A stretch of DNA of 63,977 bases, the filler included, from Blastocystis sp. subtype 4 (lineage: Eukaryota), in the NCBI RefSeq assembly GCF_000743755.1. It is 5 parts of 5 records of this genome, joined end to end, with 100 filler letters (N's around TTAATTAATTAA, not from the genome) between each part and the next. Parts side by side here need not be neighbours in the genome. Positions count along the whole stretch, not along the records: positions 54,802 to 63,977 come from NW_014569192.1; 4 more parts are not named here. One strand, 5' to 3'. A program made the position numbers and the translations under genes. Below the pieces are notes generated by a model that saw nothing but the letters and a program-made list of their open reading frames with translations, was not told the origin of the DNA and ran no database searches. This document shows positions 54,802-63,977 of this stretch, piece after piece; the stretch's first letter is position 1, and each line of letters begins with the position of its first letter.

Positions 54802-55005
54802 TCCAGAAGAGGGGGTGATAGGGAAAAGCATAGCAGCATCCGAGACCTGATAGATCGAATGGGCAGCAGCTTCATTACCGTCGATGGCAACACGTTTACG
54901 ATTACTTGCATTTCGAGCAATAACAGCTCTGGGAACAGTAGTACCACACTTACTGCCCGTTTTCACAGCATATGTCACTGTACGCTTTACTAGAGTATTG
55001 AACAT
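54802..55005 (-). CDS. PFO: Pyruvate:ferredoxin oxidoreductase (or PNO) N-terminus with organellar presequence (partial)
   Basis: IDGNEAAAH...SDAAMLFPITPSS preceded by about 35 aa of Arg/Lys/Thr-rich, acid-free leader. Confidence 0.9.
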
Positions 55006-55231
55006 CTTATATTCAAGCTGACAATGGGTTTAGCAAAAGCTATTTATAGCAAAAGCCAACTCAGGACAATTCGATAATCACGGGAATTTCATCTATCCAA
55101 GCTCATTCTTTTCCATTCTCCGTCTCCTCAAAACGTGGAACCCTCTTGAGTTCCCCAGTTCAAAACAAGTGATTCAAGTTATTATATGTGTATTTCCTTC
55201 AAACAAAACGAAAAAGACAGTGTTACAATGA

Positions 55232-56356
55232 CTATTCGGTTGCTTCAACAACTCCAAATTCGGAGATACCAAAAGAGGCTTCTGCTTCTGGTAAACAAGG
55301 AGAATCGACGACTTTGCAGATTCGAGTTGTTCCCCTTCCCTTCTTTAGACGTAATCTAGTTGTGAGTGTTCATTGTTGCTTTTACCTTGTGGTACTTGCA
55401 TGGGCCATAATGTTGCCTCCAATTGGTTTGAGAGGATCCTTTGCGAAAACGCCACTGTCAGGATTAGCAACGACTTGGTTGGTAACAACGACAGCAACTC
55501 CAAATTCATCAGCAAGTTTCTGCAAACCTCGCAAGAATTGAGCTAGATTCTGTTGTCGAGTGGAGAGTTCTCCACGACCTGTGTAATCTGTTCGGAATAG
55601 AGCAGTTGCCGAATCGACAATGATTAAAGCAAAAGAGCCATCAGCAAGCAAACCACCTGCTTCAACTAGCAACTGCATTTGGTGTTCACTGTTGTAGGCA
55701 CGAGCATAGACCACATTGTTCATAACCTCGTTGCTATCCAATTGAAAGCGTTCACTGATCTGAATAAGTCGCTCTGGACGGAAGGTTCCTTCTGTATCAA
55801 TGTACAATGCCTTTCCAGAAGCACCACCATTATCTCTGGGTAACTGACAAATCACACACAGTGTATGACACAATTGTGTTTTACCAGTTCGAAATTCTCC
55901 ATACAATTCTGTGAGTGTTCCTGCTTCCATTCCGCCTGCTAGAATAGTATCCAATTCCTTACAACCTGTCGAAATGTGAACTACATCTTTCCTCAATTCA
56001 TTGTATTCTGTAGCCTATAAATCATCAGTAAGAATCATTTCAAACCGATGTGAAGCCCATAGGAACAAGCTTCATGGCACATTGTTGGATCTTTTGAGCT
56101 TTGGCTTCACTAATACCCTTCACCTCAATTAGTTTCTTCATTGTTGCCATTGCAACCTATTTATCAGTCCATCCAATTGTCTTTACAGCTTCGACTGTGT
56201 AATACCCTCCTTCTTGCAGCTTCTTAATATCACTAGCATTAATTCCAGACCCTTCCAACTTCTCTAGAGGGGTTGGTCCTCGGTTCTAGGTTTTGGTGGC
56301 AAACTCCAACTCCTTACTTCCTGCTCCATTCCCATATCTTCACGTTGTTCCTGCAT
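55232..56356 (-). CDS. RAD51: DNA repair recombinase RAD51
   Basis: [51 protein letters not shown] (RAD51-type rather than DMC1-type). Confidence 0.95.
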
Positions 56357-56783
56357 TATCAATATCTGAAAAGTGGGTAAACCACAAAACTGTGTTACTA
56401 AACAAGATAATTGTGATCTTCAGTTCCTTCTTGACCTGCGGATTTGAGGTATCCTTTGAACCAATGAGATTTCGATTTCGATTNGATGGATGACTGTTTA
56501 TGAACAAAACGGTTAGTATTCAGGAGAGATAATGGATAATTCGTTCATTCTTTCAGAATGTGTTTATATTGGATGATGGAATAGTTTGGATAGGATTCTG
56601 GAGATTTGATTCCTGAGCAAGTATTTACCATTTACTATTGCGCGCCTACAGGTTGAATGATGGAAAGTAGTAGATGAGCTGATTACTGATGATAATAACC
56701 ACTTCTCTTCATCCTCACTTCTTTTTTCTCTCATTCATTGTTCCAGTACATGCTCAACTTGATATCAATCATTTACAGCAATA

Positions 56784-59050
56784 ATGAATGAAGGCGGCAA
56801 AAGTGGAGGCAAAGTGATTCCATTCAAACTTAAGAGAATAGACTTTCTTGGTCGTTTTATTCTTTGACGTGTACAGCAAACGGAAGAATTGTGAATAGAA
56901 AAGTGGACATGAGTTTGGACAATAATCTATGTAGAAGTGAGATGGAGCAAGAAAAGGATGGTAATCGATCTGTAGTACCTAAAAGCAGATGGACAATAAA
57001 GAAGAATCGTGAATTGTTGATATCTGTGAATCAAGACAAGTTGTCTTGGGAAGAAGTTTCCCGATTGTTGGATATTGGTGTGAAAGCAAGTGATGAATGG
57101 ATTATTTGATGAATAGGAGTGTAAACAACAGTACACGTTTCTCATTCATTCGGATAAGTATGCTCTTTCGAATCTCCCTGATCTCCCTGATTCAGCTGAG
57201 GTAGATGAACCTCTTGATATCTTTATTAGTCCTCCTGGTAGTGGTTGATTCAGTTCGCTGACTTGTAGAGAAGGAGAATCATAGAGAAATGAAAGAGAAA
57301 AAGAAGAGACGTATCATAATGGAATGTGAATGATATGAAGGGAGAATTACCAAGTTGGCTCAAAAGGCTCAGATTTCGTTGACTCATCGCTATGTACCTA
57401 CTGAGTATTCAAGTTGGGATGAGACTCGTCGTCAATTATGGGATGCGATTCCCTTCAATGCAAATGAGTACTATCTGAAGTATCTTCCTCCTATGGTTTC
57501 AGGTCGTTCTGAAGACTGGAGTGAAGAGGAGAAGAATGAGTTACTGGAGACAGTGAATGTGAGAATGAGGATTGTTTGTGAGTGTAGAATTATCCTCCAA
57601 ATGATAAGTGGGGTTTGTTTTCACTTCATTTTCTTGGTCGTACAGGTGAAGAAGTATGGGTAAGAGATATACTGATATATAGTGTCAAAGGATGTATGAG
57701 TATTTGATGGTACAATTAGAATGTCATTCTGAGAAGAAGATGGAAGAGGAACCAAATGTGAATCCTTTGGAAGGAGTTGTGGATATTCCAGAGACAACTA
57801 CACAGAATCCAGTGATTGTGCAATCGCAAGAGATGATTGTTCAGCCTCTTGAGACAGTTAGAATTGTTCCAGAGACAATTCCACAATCACAAGACATTCC
57901 TATATCATCACCTCTCTCTCCTCTTAGTGAATCCTGTGATTGGAAGCCAGAGGAATTGAAAGCTATCACAGAACTACTTCCTGAAGACAGCTGGGATGAG
58001 TCAGTCCATAGCTCAGGAAACGAATCGGATCATAGCTGGAAAGTGATTGGAGAGGGAGGAGAAACACTCTCAACATCAGAGAAGAGTACCAATGATGTGG
58101 AGCCAAGTGTTGAATCTCATTTGATTATTCGTCACAATATCATATTCAGTGATTCAGAATCAATGAGTGTTCCTTCCTCACCTGAACACAAAGTGTCTGA
58201 ACCAGAAACGTTGATTCCAGTATCGTCTCTGGAGGTGACATCACCAGAATCTGTGGTTCAATCAATTCAGATGGATGGATTAGAACTTGGGATCCAACAA
58301 CAACCATTCACTCAACCAGAACCATCAGCTGAGCCCCTAATTCAACAAGAGCCAATAGACTCACCTTCTGCTTCGATTGCTCCAGAATCACTAGTAACAC
58401 CTCCTCGACCAACTCATAAGCGTGGTGCAGTGGAAGTGATGAATGAATCACCTTTCTGTAGTCCTTCCAAGATACTCACAACAGCGATTCCTGCTTTGCC
58501 TGTGATTGAAACACCCACAAGACCACGAAAGGATCCAAAGAACTCTCTTGGATTGGAACAGAGTCCAACCAAGGTAAAAGAGTCGAAATATCATCCCTTC
58601 ACTCCTTATCAGGAATCAGATTTCGTCTCCTTGAGAGAGACAGGACATCCTCTCTCTAGTAAGATACGTCGACTTTTGATTCAACAGGAAGAAGAAAGAA
58701 ATCGATTCCAGAAACTGATACGAAAACAAACAAATGGCTTGTATGAATCCTTTCAGCGGGAACGAGAACAAGGAAAGGTAATTGTGATCCAATGAACTAA
58801 TCATTAGAAGGCGTTTACAGATCTCCAAAAGGAATATTTGAATCAATATGTTGTTGAGGGATTGAGGAATGATCTGTAGAATTTGATTTGTCGAACACTC
58901 CAACTCCAGTACAACAGTATGATAAGCAAACAAATGAAACAGTTGCAGTTCTATTGTGTTCGTGAGGGATGTGGCTCTCTTCTGGATGAAACAAAGATAT
59001 ACTCTTTGCATATTCCAAAATTGTCGTTTTCTGTGAATCTCTTTGTATGA
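56784..59050 (+). CDS. Myb/SANT-like domain protein with a long disordered region
   Basis: WSEEEKNELL...KWGLFSLHFLGRTGEEC; second degenerate repeat WTIKKNRELL; stop TGA 59048-59050. Confidence 0.55.
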
Positions 59051-59199
59051 CCTGTTTGTTGGGGAATGAAATGTGATGAGTAAGAGATTCAATTTGAATA
59101 NATGGAATCGTATCTATTCTCAGAAGTACTAATTCCTATTTAAAAAGGGTTGAGAAACGCATTGGATAATTAAAATGCCCATTATTAAGATTCACTGAA

Positions 59200-60912
59200 A
59201 TGGACCCTTTGGTGAAAGGATATACAATTTGTGTGACATTATCGGTACTGATTGCAATGATATCAGTCCTGATGTCAACAGAACTCCATATCCGATCGTA
59301 TCGTAGCTGTATGTGAATTTGATGGAAAGACTTATCTTAACACCTAAGAAGCAGGAGGTGATAGTGAATGGTAAGAATGTTGATAAAACTAGACAACTAG
59401 AAGAAAGTGTGCGTATTAATCCTTCATACCGAATGAAGACGTATGACTTTAGAAGGACTGAGCTGTAAAAATGAACTGTTTCTTGTAATGTAAAGGAAAT
59501 CCGAAATTGAGAACCGTCGAGTTCTTTTCTTTAGAGATTATTTAAAGTTGGACTCTTTAGTTTTGATTTATCGAATAGAAGTCCGATTCAAGGTATTCCA
59601 ACCGCTTTACAATCGTTTGGTTTGTGTTTAAAGTGAATGGTTAGTTCTATCTACTCTTCTATTCATCGAATTGATAGTGGGAATGGCTTTGACTTGATCT
59701 TCCTGCGAAATGTGTGTTATGATGCAGAATCAATGCGGTTAATCCTCTTCACAGACTTGCAAGACAACTCAAAGTTCTCTTCTATTATGAAGGGTAAGTT
59801 TATGTGTCACTTCTTAGCTAGATCTTCCTCGTCAAGATCTCTTTGCAGTGGTTGAAGGTCAATACCCTCAATTGGAAACAGAAAAGGATCAGAGTGTTGA
59901 TGGAAACTATCTGTTTCTGACAGATTCCTCTATGGATAGCATCTCTCAGTTTGCTACTGTGAATTTCCTTCTTCATTTTGCCCTCCACAGTACTAAGTAT
60001 CCTTCTGTACCCTCATCTCCTATCATCTGATGAATAGCTTCTTCGAGCCTTTCTCCCTTTCCTCTCGATGGAAGCATCATCGGATATCTATGAGTATCTA
60101 TCTATTCTCCAGTCTCTTTATCCATCGCAACGACCTGTTCTTCTGTATTATCGTGAGGATATGACATCAGGTCTCACATGCTATCGTGAGCTGGTTCTGT
60201 TGAGAGGAGTGATTAATGAGTAGACTGTTCCGACTCTTATTCAATATGCTGAAGAAGGATCTATTCATTTAGATTTGTATGAAGCAGATACTGTCCGATT
60301 AGCTGCATATCGATATTACAAGTTCTATTCTAAGCTTCCAGTCCCAACAACAGCTATTGTCCTTCATGCGAAATCACGAGCAGAAGTGTTAGGAGAGAGA
60401 GGAACTATTTTGAACATGGACGAATTGGATGCTTTCTTTAAGAAGAAAGTGGCTGTAAGAATAAGGATAAATGAGGAACATAGATTTGGTCTTATCGTAG
60501 TATTGTGATGGATGAGGTTAGCAAAGCAACTAAACTACATGCCCTTTTCGAGACGGATATTCTATTTGGTGTATCTCAATCTCTCTTTGTGAATATGATC
60601 TATATGGTACCTGGAAGTTGTGTCGTAGTGGTAAGTCCTGAACTCATATCATCATCTCATTTCAACTCTATTGCGGAGCAGTCACAATTACTCTTCTTAG
60701 AGATCTCCAACTTCAGTATTCCACTTCCTGATACTTGTAAAGATCGATCAAGTAATGTTGTGGCCCATATGTATTCTGAGAAGTGTTGGAAAGAACTGAA
60801 TCAGCGACCTGTTTATGTGCAGCCAGGAATGTTGATGTCTTATTTGCGTGTAGCTAAGACATATACAATGATTCATAAGTATTATGATGAAAGTGAAGGT
60901 GATTATGTGTGA
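59200..60912 (+). CDS. Type II membrane protein, glycosyltransferase family 61-like (degenerate)
   Basis: N-terminal TM; ILNMDEL and TDILFGVSQSLFVNMIYMVPGSCVV resemble the GT61 D.L.G.HGAGL.N..FM.PG..V motif. Confidence 0.45.
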
Positions 60913-60927
60913 TTAGAACGTGATGTC

Positions 60928-60942
60928 TGTTTGTTGGAAACA
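60928..60942. terminator. Bidirectional 3'-end element TGTTT-GTTGG-AAACA between the GT61-like gene and the CDK
   Basis: TGTTTGTT on + and TGTTTCCA on -. Confidence 0.55.
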
Positions 60943-60956
60943 GCCATTCCTTCAGA

Positions 60957-62091
60957 TTACATTTGTCTTCTATTAGTCTTTCTCTTGATATCATCAAAAT
61001 AGGGATGTTCCAGAGCTTGCTGACAATCAATACGTCTTTCCGGATCATATGTCAGTAATCGCTATGTTTCATTCAATCCCTCATCTTCTACACTCAACAA
61101 ATCTAATGCATTACTATCCATCCGAGGAACGAGTTCATTTAGAGATCTTCGAGGATACATTGGATATGAAGCATTCCATTCAGGATAACTAGCAAGCTTG
61201 GGCATTGTAGCCAAAGTGGGTGTTCCTAACTTCTTGAATATCACATCACGTTCATCTGCTTCATTCTGACCAGGGAATAGAGGAGTACTATTGTACAATT
61301 CTTGGAATAACTCTTCTCTCATGACCATACCTGCAAAAATACAACCACAAGACCACATATCAACACTGGTGTTGTAATCACGATTACCAAGAAGGATATC
61401 TGGAGAACGATACCACAAAGTGACGACCTCACTTGTATATCTGGTGATGAAGGAACCAATCATTCATACTTCTTCACAGGAATTCCCGAAGCACGAGCCA
61501 GACCAAAATCACCAAGTTTCAACTCACCATCACGATTGATCAGCAGATTCTGAGGCTTTAAATCTCTACAATTATATTTATACATAAAACCCACCTGTGC
61601 AAAATGCGATAGCGATGACACTCCTGAAGTCCTAATAACATTTGGTACATAAACGACTGATCATTAGAATTCCATTCCTCTATACTACCTTAATCACAGG
61701 AATGTCCAACAGTTGTTCTCGATCCAAATACTTACGCAAGTCCTGATCCAAAAACTCAAACACCATTGTCAAACAGTTTTCAGTATGAATCACATCATAG
61801 AGTCTGCATATTACAGAAACGAACAAAATCAACCGAACAATATTTGGATGATGTAATTCCTTCAGAAGGGCGATTTCACGAATTGCTGTACTCGGGATTC
61901 CTTCTTCTCGAGAATTCAAGCGAATCTTCTTGAGTGCAACAATCTCACCTAATCATAAACGAGTACAGAGTTATATAACCGGTACGCGTATCTCTTGCCT
62001 GAAATACAACTCCATACGTTCCTATACATCAGATCCACCTGCTGATTTATCTACCTTCACCAACCTTGTTCAATTCCTCATAACGCTGCAT
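60957..62091 (-). CDS. PSTAIRE cyclin-dependent kinase (CDK1/2/5-like)
   Basis: [47 protein letters not shown]; several ~30-nt introns. Confidence 0.96.
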
Positions 62092-62221
62092 GAAATGAAA
62101 TAAAAATGCAACAAACAAAGGTGATTATACTATCTTTAAAATCACGTTCATTATCTTCAAATAACAGGTTAATAGTGATTAGAAGCAAAACTCTGGAGAG
62201 TCCATCTTCCTTTATCCACAT

Positions 62222-62812
62222 TTACACTGGATAATTGTATCCTTTAGAAAATTTTAAAGAGTAGTCAGAAGGACCTTTATAAGTAAAACAGATGTCTTCA
62301 TTACTTGCTGTAAAAAAGGATACACTATCGTTCCTATACTGCCCAGTGACAACAAGAGTACAAGATGGGAATAACTCCACAAGTGCCATGAATGGCCCAT
62401 CTCGTTTTCCATTATCGTATGTAACATAACCCATATAGGTCTTTGTATCTGAGAGCATAATGGTCATGCCGTGTCTCTTGCCATAGTTTGAGTCTCCATA
62501 GGATTTATATCTAGAGAAGAAGTCATTCCAATATGATTTCGATTGGCCTTTATTTGATATAAATCCAGAAATGAAATCAAAGTATTTCCATAGGACGGAG
62601 CCTTTCAAGTGCTTCTCCAAGTCAGTATAATTGTAAGGCTCAATATTGATTATACACTCATCTGGAGTTACATTCTGTGATTCTGGGTATAGACTAGCAA
62701 CCTGTTCACTTTGAGTGTGTGAATCCAGTAGACTCTCTTCCGGATGAAACCACTTCCGGATTCTAGAGATTCCTCTCTCCACGATTCCATAGATCCAATT
62801 CCAAACGTTCAT
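62222..62812 (-). CDS. Hypothetical intronless protein with MORN-like motifs
   Basis: 196-aa ORF; YGKRHG, YDNGKRDGPF, GQYRND. Confidence 0.45.
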   Translation of the reverse strand: MNVWNWIYGIVERGISRIRKWFHPEESLLDSHTQSEQVASLYPESQNVTPDECIINIEPYNYTDLEKHLKGSVLWKYFDFISGFISNKGQSKSYWNDFFSRYKSYGDSNYGKRHGMTIMLSDTKTYMGYVTYDNGKRDGPFMALVELFPSCTLVVTGQYRNDSVSFFTASNEDICFTYKGPSDYSLKFSKGYNYPV

Positions 62813-62881
62813 TATTTGTTAAGCAGTAATGCGGGATCCCAAGAATTTGTAATCTTGGAATGATTACACTTTATCAAATCC

Positions 62882-63805
62882 ATGAATAATATTCATCAAG
62901 CGCTATACAGACAAGCTCAGAAACGTGAACAGCAGAAGAAATTGGTGATTAAGAACATGGTGAGGATTTATCCACATAGATAATCTTTAGCAAAGAAATT
63001 CACTTACTGGAGATGATCAAGATGATAATCCATCAGGTAATTGTATCGTCATCGCGGTTCATCTCTGTAGAACATCTTGTTTCTCTTCTTCCTCGGAATA
63101 CCTCTTCATCAGGTAAAAAGCCTAGAAAGGATGAAGAAGAAGTGAAACATGTAGAAGAGAACAACTATCCCCTTTCTACTTTCGAAGGTTCCGAATTTGA
63201 TGAGTCTGAGCACTCTTTACATGTTACTCCCAAGAAGTCATCTATTCTCGATCCAGATGTTGCCAAAATGGAAAGTGCAAAGAGAAGGGATGAAGAAGAA
63301 GAACGTCAAAGAGAAAGTGAAATTCGAAAACGAAGACAACAAAAGTCACCAATCTCCACTGAGAAAGCAATTGCTGTTCCGAAAACAGTACCTCCTAGAT
63401 ATGTAGAAGAAAGTCATTCAGAAATGAGTAGCATTCTTGACCCCGAACCTGTTCAACAGTCACATCCAATCTCACTTGATATTATTTTCTTTGCTGTTTT
63501 AGTTTTGATTTTGTTTATTTTGGGATGCTTGTGTTGTCGTGGAGTAATGATGGTGTTAGCTACTGTTCTTTTTCATCTTTAGGAGCCTGAAATGACTTTG
63601 AAGAAGTGTGCTTCCGATTTTTCAACTTGTTTCGCAATCATGTCAAAAGTAAATGAGGAGTTTGAGGATGAGTATTAGAATGTGCGTAATATGTTGTACT
63701 AGTGATCCATTACTAATATGCGACTCTTGTTCTTGTTTATTTTCAAAACGTATCTCCTGTAGTATCTTCTCTCGAATTGGTGATGAAATAGACAAAAATG
63801 AGTAA
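62882..63805 (+). CDS. Hypothetical single-TM protein (multi-exon)
   Basis: ORF 63013-63582 with TM IIFFAVLVLILFILGCLCC; probable stop 63803-63805 and TGTTTGTT at 63823-63830. Confidence 0.45.
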
Positions 63806-63882
63806 GTACCATAGAGTTTCCCTGTTTGTTTCCACGATTCTAGGCATCAAAGACCAAAACTTGATTATAACGTCTCGGAATC

Positions 63883-63977
63883 ATGAGTGCTTCTGATACA
63901 GACAAACGAATTGAGCAGATGTGTGAGTTCATCAAGCAAGAAGCGATTGAAAAGGCAACTGAGATCAAGATCAAGAC
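63883..63977 (+). CDS. ATP6V1E: V-type ATPase subunit E, 5' part
   Basis: IEQMCEFIKQEAIEKATEIKIK. Confidence 0.9.
   Translation, partial: MSASDTDKRIEQMCEFIKQEAIEKATEIKIK

Noticed and set aside
55232..56356. Possible meiosis-specific DMC1
   Set aside because: The diagnostic motifs are RAD51-type.

Overview
Eukaryotic nuclear DNA, very probably Blastocystis (an anaerobic gut stramenopile). Evidence: very dense genes, about 30-nt GT-AG introns, a pyruvate:ferredoxin oxidoreductase with an organellar presequence, and a TGTTTGTT-type element at most gene 3' ends. The window is five contigs joined by artificial N44-TTAATTAATTAA-N44 spacers, so adjacency across spacers is meaningless. About 30 intron-containing genes are recognisable, including a Trithorax/MLL-like SET methyltransferase, PDI, Misato, a GT13 glycosyltransferase, DHHC, PP2C, ICT1/ArfB, a PX-BAR sorting nexin, uL1, a divergent XRN, a kinase, uL14, COG7, SMC5, MYST, tRNA-His, Era, Nop53, a PPP phosphatase, PFO, RAD51, a PSTAIRE CDK and V-ATPase E. 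Main signals: (1) at least six genes appear to end in an incomplete stop (T or TG) exactly 4 nt before a TGTTTGTT-like element, i.e. stop codons completed by polyadenylation; (2) all five convergent gene junctions carry one compact inverted element, TGTTT-N4/5-AAACA, that could act as a bidirectional 3'-end signal; (3) an intronless bacterial-type YdeI/OmdA gene (lateral transfer candidate); (4) a large mosaic PA14/Ig/F5-8/HormR-like surface protein; (5) a tRNA-His inside a 163-bp divergent promoter, 10 nt before the Era start codon. Gene boundaries were spliced by eye and are approximate.
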